From: Dehalococcoidia bacterium
GTDB taxonomy: Bacteria > Chloroflexota > Dehalococcoidia > Lucifugimonadales > UBA3495
Length of the DNA stretch: 64,000 bases
Direction of reading: 5' to 3'
Assembly (NCBI GenBank): GCA_965219395.1
Contig: CBDCNN010000001.1
Location: 720,318 to 784,317 of the forward strand
Shown here: positions 38,472 to 48,138 of the stretch, piece by piece
How positions within the stretch are numbered: position 1 is the first letter of the stretch
How the letters are laid out: every line of letters starts with the position of its first letter
Notes under the pieces: generated by a model
What the model saw: the letters and a program-made list of their open reading frames with translations, nothing else
Databases searched by the model: none
What the model was told of the DNA's origin: nothing
Made by a program: the position numbers and the translations under genes

Positions 38472-41400
38472 ATGTCGGTGTATCATAAAGCGGCCATGAC
38501 CGCATTCCCGAGCATAGAGCGCTACTACGCATCCCTAGCCGAGCTCATCGAGGTCGGCGGCTCCGACAACGAGCTGAACATCCGCCCGGCCTTCCAGAAC
38601 TGCCTGGCGGCCTACTGCGCCGCCCACAGGGACAGGCTGGTGCTGGTGCCCGAGCTGCGGGCTCCGAGTGGCATCATCCCTGACGGCACAGTGCTTGATT
38701 CCCTGCGCATGACCCGCGGCCTTTGGGAGGCCAAGGACAGCCACGACAACCTGGACGCCGAAATCCAGAGCAAGTTCGAACGCGGGTATCCCCGCAGTAA
38801 CATCATATTCGAGGACTCCCGCGTCGCGGTACTGTTCCAGAACGGCGCAGAGGCGATGCGTGTCGACATGACCGACCCCGCCAGTCTGCACCGGATCATC
38901 GGCCGTTTCCTGGACTACGAGCTGCCCGATATCGGCGAGTTCCGGCAGGCACGGCAGCAGTTCGCCGCGGACCTGCCATCGGTGCTGGAAAACCTGCGGC
39001 AGGCGGTGGCGGATGCCGAGGTGGGGAATGCCGCCTACCAGGACGGGGTCGCAAAATTCCTCCAGCTGTGCCACCGCAGCATAGGCCCAGCAGTCTCCGA
39101 GGCCGACGTGCGGGAGATGCTGCTGCAGCACATCCTGACCCAGGACATCTTTCAGCGGGTCTTCGCTGAGGTCCAGTACCATAGCGAGAACAACATCGCC
39201 CGTCAGCTATCCGCGCTGGAGCGAACGTTCTTCACCGGCGACGTGCGCCGGCAGGCTATCGACCGGCTGCGGGCCTACTACGGGGCCATCGGCCGGGCGG
39301 CCGACGAGATTGCCGAGTACTCGGAAAAACAGAAGTTCCTGAAGGCAGTCTACGAGGACTTCTACAAGGCCTACAACCCCGCCGCCGCCGACCGCCTGGG
39401 CGTGGTCTACACACCCAATGAGGTGGTGGACTTCATCATCAGGGGCGCGGACCACCTGCTGCAGAAGCACTTCGGCCGCAGCCTGGCCGACGAGAACGTG
39501 CAGATCCTCGACCCAGCCACCGGCACAGGCACCTTCGTCACCAGCCTGATCGACTACCTGCCCGCCGACCGGCTGGAGTACAAGTACCTGCACGAGATTC
39601 ACGCCAACGAGGTTGCCATCCTGCCCTACTACATCGCCAACCTGAACATCGAGTACAGCTACAAAGAGCGGACGGGCCGGTACCTCGAGTTCCCCAACCT
39701 CTGCTTCGTGGACACGCTGGACAACATGGACTGGCAGAAGGCGGGAGCCACGGGCGGGGCAGTCCAGCGGCAAGGTGCGCTGTTTAACCTCGGCGGGATG
39801 TCCGAGGAGAACTGGATCCGCGTACAGGAGCAGAACGATAAGCCCATCAGCGTGATCATCGGCAACCCGCCCTACAACGACAGCGCCACGTTATGGGGAG
39901 ATGGGGGCGCGAACCGCCAGTACCCTGAGATAGACCGCCGCATCCGAGATACCTACGTAAAAGAGGGTACTGCCCAGAAGACCCACCAGTACGATATGTA
40001 CAAGCGGTTCATCCGCTGGGCTTCGGACCGTCTGAATGATGAAGGGATCATTGCCTTCATCACCAACCGCGCGTATCTGGACGCCAGGCAGGATGACGGT
40101 TACCGGAGAGTCGCGGCCAACGAATTTACCGACCTCTATGTTGTCGACCTCGGTTCGGATGTTCGACGCAATCCAAAAATTTCCGGTACAACGCACAATG
40201 TCTTTGGCATCCAGACCGGCGTTGCTATTGGATTCTTGGTGCGGGAGAAAGATAAGCTCGGGAATTTCGGCATCCATTACACGAGCCGGGAAGACGCCGA
40301 GTTGGCCGTGGACAAGTTGACGTATTTGCGTGGAGCAATGTTGGATGAGATGGCCTTTGACGGCATCGCCCCCGACGACAGAAACAACTGGCTCAATCAG
40401 GCCAACTCTGACTTCGATAACCTGATGGCTCTAGCTGACCGGCAAACCAAGTTCTCCAAGGTTGCTAATGATGAGCAAGCCCTGTTCGGTTTGTTCTCCA
40501 ACGGAGCAAAAACGAACCGCGATGAATGGGTGTATGACTTCGACGTTGGTACACTGCGCCAAAAGGCGTTGTTCTTCGCTGACGTCTATAACGAGTCTCT
40601 CGACCATCCTGATGAGTCATTTGACCCTGTTATCAAGTGGAGCCGGGATCTTCGGAACGAGTTTCGGAGAGGACGACGCATAACCTACAGCGAAGGGCAT
40701 CGAATTCAATCATTGTACCGTCCTTTTGTTGTCCAGCATCATTTTGCTGACTTCACAATGAACGATGTACTTACTCGTAATCACTACGAGATGTTCGGCC
40801 CTGATCTTCGGCAAAAGAATCAAGTCGTCAATTTCTGTGTAAACGGAAAGGCGTTTTATATCGTAGCTTCTGAAAAGTTAACTGACTTTCACTTCACCGG
40901 CGACACCCAATGCCTGCCCCTCTACCGCTACACGGACGCGGGGGAGCGGGTCAGCAACATCACGGAGTGGGGGTTGCGGCAGTTCCGGGAGCACTACGGC
41001 GACGAGGCCATCACCGCCGAGGACATCTTCGCCTACACCTACGCCGCGCTCCACGACCCCGAGTACCGCGAGAAGTACGCCGTAGACCTGCTGCGGGAGT
41101 TCCCGCGCCTGCCCTTCCACGAGGACTTCGCGGCCTGGGTGCGGCTTGGCCAGGAACTCCTGGACCTGCACATCGGCTTCGAGTCCGCTGATCCGTTCGC
41201 ACTGGCGCGGGTGGAAAAGGACGGCGACGCGGGCAAGGCGGTACTCCGGTCCAACCGGGAGCGCGACGCCATCGTCCTGGACAGCAATACCACGCTGACC
41301 GGAGTGCCGCCGGAGGCCTGGGAGTACCGCCTCGGCAACCGCTCAGCCCTGGAGTGGGTGCTGGACCAGTACAAAGAAAAGACGCCCAGAGATCCAACCA

Positions 41401-41606
41401 TCCGAGAGCGCTTCAACACCTACCGCTTCGCCGACCACAAGGAAAAGGTCATCGACCTGCTGCAGCGAGTCTGCACCGTCAGCGTCGAGACCGTGAGAAT
41501 CGCCAGTCAGCTAGACTCACTAACGAACATCGAGGCAAAAGACGAGACCCATTTGACAGAGGCTCATCCAACCGAAAAGCCAGACAACCAGCGGAGTCGA
41601 ACATGA
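38472..41606 (+). CDS. Single-chain restriction-modification-like enzyme (~1044 aa): N-terminal PD-ExK-like motif, gamma-class N6-adenine methyltransferase, type-ISP/YeeA-like C-terminal specificity region
   Basis: 'IIPDGTVLDSLRMTRGLWEAKD' (nt ~38679-38738). Motif I is 'ILDPATGTGTF' (39507-39536) and motif IV is 'NPPY' (39864-39875). The C-terminus has 'LPLYRY...NITEWGL..F...DIFAYTYAALHDPEYREKY...EFPRLPF...LLDLHIGFE'. Confidence 0.8.
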   Translation: MSVYHKAAMTAFPSIERYYASLAELIEVGGSDNELNIRPAFQNCLAAYCAAHRDRLVLVPELRAPSGIIPDGTVLDSLRMTRGLWEAKDSHDNLDAEIQSKFERGYPRSNIIFEDSRVAVLFQNGAEAMRVDMTDPASLHRIIGRFLDYELPDIGEFRQARQQFAADLPSVLENLRQAVADAEVGNAAYQDGVAKFLQLCHRSIGPAVSEADVREMLLQHILTQDIFQRVFAEVQYHSENNIARQLSALERTFFTGDVRRQAIDRLRAYYGAIGRAADEIAEYSEKQKFLKAVYEDFYKAYNPAAADRLGVVYTPNEVVDFIIRGADHLLQKHFGRSLADENVQILDPATGTGTFVTSLIDYLPADRLEYKYLHEIHANEVAILPYYIANLNIEYSYKERTGRYLEFPNLCFVDTLDNMDWQKAGATGGAVQRQGALFNLGGMSEENWIRVQEQNDKPISVIIGNPPYNDSATLWGDGGANRQYPEIDRRIRDTYVKEGTAQKTHQYDMYKRFIRWASDRLNDEGIIAFITNRAYLDARQDDGYRRVAANEFTDLYVVDLGSDVRRNPKISGTTHNVFGIQTGVAIGFLVREKDKLGNFGIHYTSREDAELAVDKLTYLRGAMLDEMAFDGIAPDDRNNWLNQANSDFDNLMALADRQTKFSKVANDEQALFGLFSNGAKTNRDEWVYDFDVGTLRQKALFFADVYNESLDHPDESFDPVIKWSRDLRNEFRRGRRITYSEGHRIQSLYRPFVVQHHFADFTMNDVLTRNHYEMFGPDLRQKNQVVNFCVNGKAFYIVASEKLTDFHFTGDTQCLPLYRYTDAGERVSNITEWGLRQFREHYGDEAITAEDIFAYTYAALHDPEYREKYAVDLLREFPRLPFHEDFAAWVRLGQELLDLHIGFESADPFALARVEKDGDAGKAVLRSNRERDAIVLDSNTTLTGVPPEAWEYRLGNRSALEWVLDQYKEKTPRDPTIRERFNTYRFADHKEKVIDLLQRVCTVSVETVRIASQLDSLTNIEAKDETHLTEAHPTEKPDNQRSRT

Positions 41607-41896
41607 CCAGCGCCAAAGCCAAAGCACCACACGGGCACCCGGACCCCGAGGTAGTTCGAAGGGCCGAAGCCGTCTTTGCCAAGATGGGAATGACCCCCGA
41701 ACAAGCCATCGCTATTTTCTACAAACAGACTGCGCTCCACGGCACTTTCCCCATAGAGAACCTTATCCCAAACGAGGAAACGCAGGAAGTAATCCGCAAG
41801 GCCAGGGCAGGCCAAGAATTGACCAGTGTCGGAAGTGTTGACGAACTGATGGCGGAGTTCCAGAATGCGCGAGCTCATCCTGACGACGAGGTTTAG
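41603..41896 (+). CDS. RelB/DinJ-family type II antitoxin (97 aa)
   Basis: 'VVRRAEAVFAKMGMTPEQAIAIFYKQTALHGTFPIE...PNEETQEVIRKA'. The ATG overlaps the TGA of the upstream methyltransferase gene (ATGA, 41603-41606). Confidence 0.75.
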   Translation: MTSAKAKAPHGHPDPEVVRRAEAVFAKMGMTPEQAIAIFYKQTALHGTFPIENLIPNEETQEVIRKARAGQELTSVGSVDELMAEFQNARAHPDDEV

Positions 41897-42134
41897 ACGG
41901 GACCTCCGCAGGACTGCCAGGCGCGGCAAAGATGAACGTAGACTCAGAGAGGTCTTAGATACACTCGTCGCCGGAGAACCCTTGGAACCCCGCTACCGCG
42001 CCCACTAGCTCACCGGCAACATGGCCCCTCTATGGGAATGCCACATCGAAAACGACTGGCTGCTGATATGGGACGAGAACGAGACCACCGTTACCCTGAT
42101 GCAGACCGGAACCCACAGCGACATCTTCGGGTAG
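41865..42134 (+). pseudogene. YafQ/RelE-family toxin with in-frame TAG at codon 48 (42006-42008)
   Basis: 'MRELILTTRFRRDLRRTARRGKDERRLREVLDTLVAGEPLEPRYRAH*LTGNMAPLWECHIENDWLLIWDENETTVTLMQTGTHSDIFG'. Homology continues in the same frame after the stop. Confidence 0.75.
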
Positions 42135-42159
42135 TGCATTGCACCCACACTCCCAACCC

Positions 42160-42575
42160 CCTTGGACAAACAGCAGGCGGTACCCATGGTGATGGAGGCC
42201 ACCCTGAACGCCAGAGCGGTACCCAAGGATCTTTCCTCCGACGCCGGCTACTACTCGGCCAGGGCGATGGAGGAACCCCGCGCCCTGGGAGTTGACCCGC
42301 CACGGCACCAGGTCTGAACCGCCGCACCGGGGGCACATCCCCAGCGGACTGTCAGACCAGGACCGCATTCGATGGAAGCTGTAGACGAAACGGGCGCGGG
42401 AACGCTACGCGCTGTGCATAAAGCAGGTGGAGCCGGTGTTCGGACAGATCAAGCAAGGCCGAGACGTCCGGCAGTTCCTGTTGCGTGATCTGGCGTAAGG
42501 CGACCCGGAAGTGGTTGCGCATCCGCGCCGACCACAATCCGCTAATGCTGTTCCGCTTCGGGGCCGGGATGTCCG
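42160..42575 (+). pseudogene. IS1182/IS5-like DDE transposase C-terminal remnant with stops and frameshifts
   Basis: 'VPMVMEATLNARAVPKDLSSDAGYYSARAMEEPRALGVDP', then 'RYALCIKQVEPVFGQIKQGRDVRQFLLRDLA*', then (shifted) 'RKWLRIRADHNPLMLFRFG'. Confidence 0.55.
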
Positions 42576-43070
42576 GCCAGGTGGGGGCAAAGGGCCACTG
42601 GGATCAAAAGGGAGACGCGCCCGACCATTGGCAGCGGGATTTTCAAGCGACAATCTACATGTGCCTATCCGCACCACGCAAGAACAGTTCCCGCAGGGTA
42701 ATTCCGGCTGACCGACGGAGCCAGTTGGTCAATCCTCAGATCTGCCTTCCTGCACCACGACCTCGATGCAGGCCCTTGGCTGTCGAAACTCTCCACCGTT
42801 CGGAGGGGGTGGCTCCGACCGGCGTACCCCAAGAGCCGGGCGACGTTGTGATCCTCGAGCTTGCTCAACTCAGAATCCCTATCCTGTACGAAGAATAGCA
42901 ATCCAATCGGAAGACTCCGGGCCGGAAACCGCCACGAGACCATAGGAAAGTGCTGACAACGGAATGTGATCCAGACAGGGCCAAGTGCTGGTCTGGCACT
43001 CCACAAACGACGCTTCATACCAGGGACCGGGACAACAGACCAACTTTACCTCCTACCGGGCAACACGAAA

Positions 43071-44165
43071 ATGACTTCCAGCGCCCAAAAGAGAAAGGCC
43101 AACATCCAGTACCCAATGGCATACCAGCCCGTCTTCGAGGTCACCCACATCGGGGACGCGGAACGAGGGGCCCTCTACCTATGTCTCGGGTGTGAAGCCG
43201 AGATGATCCCGCGAATGGGACGAATCAAGCGGCACCACTTCGCACACAAGGCAGGACCGGAGCAGTGCAATCCGGACAACGCTCTCCATGAGACGGCGAA
43301 AGCAGCGATCTGCCAAGGGTTCCTCAGCGCTGTCCAGCTGGGAAGGGAATACTTCGTCAGGTTCCCGTGCTCAAGGTGCGATGAGCCCATAGGAGTCAAC
43401 GTGGCAAGCGAAGGGGCTGCCATTGCCACAGAGAGAAGCGTGGTACAGGGAACACGATCCGATCTGGTTATCACGAAGGCAGATGGAAAAACCCCAAGGG
43501 TCATTGTCGAAATCGTCGTCCACCACGATGTCGAGGAGTCCACCGAAGAGAGATACAGGGAGTCCGGAACTGCGGTGATCAAGATACGACCGGCTTGGGA
43601 GACGGTCGACAATCTGAGGGAACAGGTATTCGCTGACGAGATCCTGAACGTGGATGACACCGTTTGTCGGGGTTGTAAGGAAACCGACCGACGTCACAGG
43701 GAGTGGCTCGGAGGAATCGAGGGAAAACTTAACAACGCCATTCAAGCCGGGCAGGAAGGTCAAGGAAGGCTGGCACCCATCACGCAAGACAGATTCGGTT
43801 CCTACCTGCGGTCAGATACCAAGAGACGAGTCAACACCAACGCCAGAAAGCTGTCCGCAGTAGGCTTCACGCAACAACTGAGGAGACCTACCCTGTTCAA
43901 AGTTGATGTTGACGAATGGAGAATCTTCGCAGACTTGGACAGCACGGAAGTGATGAAGATATGGGAGGTGGACTGCCTCCCCGGGCTCTACGCATTTCCT
44001 GAGGACACGAAACCACCCAGATGCAAAGAATGCGTCCTGGACATCGTGCGGGGAATTCTCGAACGGAACGGCGTGGAAATCAGACGGTACTTCCTCGACC
44101 ATGGAACGCACAACCACTGGACACCTGGGGCTGACCAGGGGCCACATCTATTTCTCTTTCAGTGA
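43071..44165 (+). CDS. CoiA-like nuclease-family protein (364 aa from ATG 43071)
   Basis: 'LYLCLGCEAEMIPRMGRIKRHHFAHKAGPEQCNPDNALHETAK' is the CoiA-type C..C...HFAH...H..K signature. 'RSDLVITKADGKTPRVIVEIVVHHD' is a possible PD-ExK-like core. Confidence 0.55.
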   Translation: MTSSAQKRKANIQYPMAYQPVFEVTHIGDAERGALYLCLGCEAEMIPRMGRIKRHHFAHKAGPEQCNPDNALHETAKAAICQGFLSAVQLGREYFVRFPCSRCDEPIGVNVASEGAAIATERSVVQGTRSDLVITKADGKTPRVIVEIVVHHDVEESTEERYRESGTAVIKIRPAWETVDNLREQVFADEILNVDDTVCRGCKETDRRHREWLGGIEGKLNNAIQAGQEGQGRLAPITQDRFGSYLRSDTKRRVNTNARKLSAVGFTQQLRRPTLFKVDVDEWRIFADLDSTEVMKIWEVDCLPGLYAFPEDTKPPRCKECVLDIVRGILERNGVEIRRYFLDHGTHNHWTPGADQGPHLFLFQ

Positions 44166-44554
44166 TCATCGGTTCCTCGCGCCCGTCAATCTCACAATCG
44201 GCATCCTCGGTCCCATCGCCGATAGCTGGTGGCCCATTTCATCTTCCGCTTGCACCCGGTTCTGGCATGACGGGGTGATGCTATGACAGACGGAGTTCTG
44301 GCTATGCTCAAATCAGTCCCTTTCCGGCAGGGATGGCCACAAGGCCGGCGCGGCCCGGAACTGCAAGCGGTGTAAGCCATAGTGGTCTGTCGGTCTACCA
44401 TTGCGTCCGTAACCTTCCGGTGCGCTAAAGGGAACGGCAAGACCAATTGGCGCTAGAAACCGGGCCGGAAACCCCTATTCTCCACAAGCCTTCATTTTGT
44501 GAATGTCGATTATAGACATTATTATAGAGTATATGTGACTGTTATCGTATAATA

Positions 44555-45251
44555 TTATGCCTTATGAGATTGGAATACGTTTGCTTGGAATAACGGAAAA
44601 CCCGGCCGATAGCTTTCCGGCCAGACTTCTAGATCGGCAGGAATGTTTGACGTGTGACACTCCTCCTGAGTGGACCTGGTCTTCTCCCGCAGCGTGGAGA
44701 AGACGAGGCCGAAACCGTCTTCTTTCCCACCGGCCGTCAGCCAATGCCACGTGGTCAGCGGTTCCGGCGAGGCCCCGGTCAGTCTGTCTAGCTGGTTGGC
44801 GAAGGCCTCCACGGCCAGCTTGTTGTCCAGCAGCGGGTCGTTGCGCTGCCGGCGAACAGCCCGCCATCCGTGTAGTGCTTCACCAAATGGCGGTACAGGC
44901 GGCGGGGGAACGCCAGGAGGTTCAGGCGCAACGTGTCCACCACCGGCAGCCTCAGGAGACTCAGGTTAGCAGCGAATGCATGGAGATGGGGGATATCGAA
45001 GGCGATGACATTGTCGCCCATAAGGAACCGGGCTCCACTTGCAATGCGTTCCATGCACTGCAGACCGCCGCGGTTGACCGGGCGCCGCACAAGGACAGAG
45101 AATCCCCGGTGCGAGGCTGGTACGCCGCCGCGGCCAGAAGGCTGCCATCCCCGACGGAGACATCAAAGTCGACGGAGACGCAAAAACCCAGCTCCTGGTA
45201 CGGGACCACGGGGCCCGTGGCAAGTAAGTTTTCAGCCGCCAGCTCTCGCAA
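44555..45251 (-). pseudogene. Fragmented DEDD (DnaQ-like) 3'-5' exonuclease domain, N-terminal piece of a larger protein; three frames
   Basis: 'FCVSVDFDVSVGDGSLLAAAAY' (ExoI-like) in one frame, 'GDNVIAFDIPHLHAFAANLSLLRLPVVDTLRLNLLAFPRRLYRHLVKHY' (ExoII-like) in a second, and 'LAVEAFANQLDRLTGASPEPLTTWHWLTAGGKEDG' in a third. It ends abruptly at an AT-rich junction. Confidence 0.4.
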
Positions 45252-45695
45252 GATCTGGGCACCTCGCTGATTGAAATCAAACGCTTCTGCTGGTCAAGTT
45301 GACCTAAATTCCATCTATGGTTCTAACCTTCAGAAACGGCGGGGGCGGTCGCCCCGTATACCGGGGTCAATCTGGCTATAGCCGCATGGCCCTTTCGCGG
45401 CTCTGAGGAATCCGACATACACTATACATGGTGCAAAGCAAAGGAGTTTTGCCACAATATGATGCGTTTTGGGTGACAAAAGCCATTGACACGCCGGACA
45501 GGACGTGTGCTACTTTCAACTTGGGGCTGAAAGAGGAAACAGCTCGCCTCACCGGACAAGTCAACGGTTTGGCGCGCTGAATCCCTTGTGTGTCTGTTCG
45601 ATGGTTTTCTACCCACCATCGACAGCCCACCGACCCCAGGACGATTCCTCGAGTCGTCCCAGTTCACGACACCTGCTGATTAAGGAGCAGATGCC

Positions 45696-47054
45696 ATGCA
45701 AAGCGATTATACTGCATCCGGCGATTTCATAAACGGCTCCGAACCTTCATTTCCCGTCAAGCTTCCCTACCTCACTTTCCCCGATCCTAACGACTCTTCG
45801 CCTCCGCCTTCCTACATCCCTCCTTGCTTCTTCGATGACATCGAACTGTTGCTCTACGTCATGCGGGACGGTCCGCGCCTTCCTCCAGCCACCTGGAAGC
45901 TCTATTTTGTCTTTGCCAGGGTCACTAACCCCGAGACTGGCTATTCAGATCTAAGCCACGAGCAGCTAGCCGGGGAAGCCGGGATCAGCATCTCGTCTCT
46001 GAAGGAACACGTTGGGTATCTGGAAGAGTTTGGGAAGATCAGGAAGACGCACCGCATCGACCCCCACTTGGGCACCCTTACCAACGTGTACTACTTCGTC
46101 GGTCTCGACACGGGCCTGATCCCCCGCGAAATGAATGCTCCCTGTAGCAATCCTATATCTGTCGCCCGAAAGATCTTTCAACAGGAGGAACTTGACGTTC
46201 TGGGCCGCAAGCACGCGGTAGAGAAGGCCGCCATTCTGGCTGAAAAAGAGACCGAGCAGCTGTACTCTGCCCTTCTCGAGGAGAAGCTCATTGCTGCCGG
46301 TATCGACCTCCCCGACAAACGAGAACCGGTGCAGGTCGAGGTTTCTGCCGATGATGCAGAAAGTTTCGTAGCTGAGATGATTGATGACCCCCCTAGGCAG
46401 ATTTTGGCTACCCCTACTGAGCGCGTCATTACAGAGCGTACAAAGAGGGTTGCCGAGAAGGTGAAAAACGAGTGGAGTTGGATGCACTATAGTTTCACTA
46501 GGATCGGTATGAACATCAACGGGGCGATCCGATACTTCGCGCGCAGTGAGGAGACGGAAGGGGACCTGGACTTCCAGGTTGCCAATTACTACGCGGGAGA
46601 GGAGGCGAAGAACCGGCCAAGGCCGAGCTCTCACCGCGACGACCGCCAAGACCCTGGGGAACATTCCATTCTCATTTGGGACGGCGGGCCTCCTGAATCG
46701 GAGGCGGAGAAACTGTGGCAGGACGTCCTTGAGGACCTGCAGGCCCGCCTTCCTCGCCCTTCCTTCGAGACCTGGCTGAGGCCTACTGTGGGCATGGCCA
46801 TAGAGACAGGGGAAACAGACGCCTTGGTAGTCGCTGCGCAGAGTGCGTTGGCAGTCGAGTGGCTGGAACGCCGCATATTCCACAGTCTTTCGACCGCGCT
46901 CGAGAAGGCAGCTGGCAAACCGATCGAGCTGCAATTACGGGCAAGGAAACCTGATGGAAAGGAGGAACCCACCCAAGAGGAACTCTGCCCTGGCCAACAG
47001 CTGAACGAAGGAGGAGAACTGGACCTCAACGGAGCAGGCGAGCGCCGTGCCTAA
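45696..47054 (+). CDS. Replication-initiator-like protein: N-terminal winged-HTH + C-terminal DnaA_N-like domain (452 aa)
   Basis: 'YSDLSHEQLAGEAGISISSLKEHVGYLEEFGKIRK' looks like a wHTH. 'KLWQDVLEDLQARLPRPSFETWLRPTVGMAIETGETDALVVAAQSALAVEWLERRIFHSLSTALEKAAGKPIELQL' parallels DnaA domain I ('LW..cL..L...l....f..Wi.pl......l.l..pn.f...w....y'). Confidence 0.6.
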   Translation: MQSDYTASGDFINGSEPSFPVKLPYLTFPDPNDSSPPPSYIPPCFFDDIELLLYVMRDGPRLPPATWKLYFVFARVTNPETGYSDLSHEQLAGEAGISISSLKEHVGYLEEFGKIRKTHRIDPHLGTLTNVYYFVGLDTGLIPREMNAPCSNPISVARKIFQQEELDVLGRKHAVEKAAILAEKETEQLYSALLEEKLIAAGIDLPDKREPVQVEVSADDAESFVAEMIDDPPRQILATPTERVITERTKRVAEKVKNEWSWMHYSFTRIGMNINGAIRYFARSEETEGDLDFQVANYYAGEEAKNRPRPSSHRDDRQDPGEHSILIWDGGPPESEAEKLWQDVLEDLQARLPRPSFETWLRPTVGMAIETGETDALVVAAQSALAVEWLERRIFHSLSTALEKAAGKPIELQLRARKPDGKEEPTQEELCPGQQLNEGGELDLNGAGERRA

Positions 47055-47471
47055 GCTACTTGCCGAGAATCGGGGGAGGATTGCTAGAGTGCCGTCGTGT
47101 GCGGAGATCTAGGGCGCGAATTCTATTGCGTCCTATATTCATGCATGCAGGGGACGTTTCCTGCGTCACTTCAGTTTAGTCCTAGCCGATAGCGAACAGA
47201 AAAAAGTTGTGGTATGGAGGTGATCTGCTTGAACTTCAGGGCATCATTACGAAGTCTTTATGGACGTGCTCGGCACAATTTGCTGAATGCGGGGCAAGGT
47301 CAGCAGTCCGGAATTCTGTAATCGATTCTGGATCGGTTATCGTCGTCGGGACAAATCGCATTCGCCAACGCAGGCGGGCCAGTAGAGCCGAAAGAGAGCT
47401 CAACCCTGGTCCGAGCGACTGAATTTCGGTTAGTGCTTCATATCGTAGACTGAATGACGTGGGTGATAAGG

Positions 47472-47864
47472 CTAAAGATCACCAGCAAATCGCTCCCTAG
47501 CTTCAAATTGCCTTTTCGCCTCATCCCTCAACCATTCGTTGAGAAGCTCGGACGGAATGATTGTCCGCCTTCCCACTTTGATTGATGGTATTGGGTTATC
47601 CTTCCGCTTCAGAAGTGTTTCAAACGTGTTCACGGATACACCCATTTTCTTGGCGGCCTGCTCTTTATTGTAGCCGAGTGGAATATGAGGGACGACATCA
47701 TCATTTGCCCTGGCTGAAATGAGCTCAGCGAGGCCCCGAACTTCCCCAGAATCCAGTAACTTCCGTTCTTCACCTGCTTTTGGGTTAGTAACAACGATAA
47801 GGAAGTCCATGTCGCCATCTATCCAACCATCTAAGAGCAGATTTAGCTCCTCTTTGGACATCAT
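47472..47864 (-). CDS. Excisionase/MerR-type HTH DNA-binding protein (130 aa)
   Basis: 'YNKEQAAKKMGVSVNTFETLLKRKDNPIPSIKVGRRTIIPSELLNEWL' fits the excisionase-family HTH pattern. Confidence 0.55.
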   Translation of the reverse strand: MMSKEELNLLLDGWIDGDMDFLIVVTNPKAGEERKLLDSGEVRGLAELISARANDDVVPHIPLGYNKEQAAKKMGVSVNTFETLLKRKDNPIPSIKVGRRTIIPSELLNEWLRDEAKRQFEARERFAGDL

Positions 47865-48138
47865 ATTCCCGCCTACTTTGAGCTACGGAACTCACCGCAT
47901 TCAGGGATAGGGTATAGGCAGGTTTATATGCTGGGATTGCGGGGTTGGTGAGGTGGACCGGTCATTTGGACAGGACTGATGTAGCGACAGGCTCGTGAAT
48001 AACCTAACCCTCAAGAATCGATCCAAGATCCAAATTGGAGAAGGCTCTGGCTTAAAGCTATGTCATAAACAGATGAGTTGTAGTGAAGATGACTTCCAGG
48101 TGTCGTCGTTCTTCAGGGACATATTTGCGGTTCTGGGA

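Noticed and set aside
42006-42008. In-frame TAG in yafQ (and TAA in HEPN at 61417-61419) as stop-codon reassignment or pyrrolysine/readthrough
   Set aside because: TAG terminates all three giant genes, the IS630 transposase and others, and TAA terminates several genes. Two different stop codons are involved, so simple nonsense mutation is more parsimonious.
44557-45270. 237-aa plus-strand ORF preceded by a TATAAT box
   Set aside because: Its composition is Arg/Pro/Ala/Ser-rich with no motif. It is exactly antisense to recognisable, though fragmented, exonuclease motifs.
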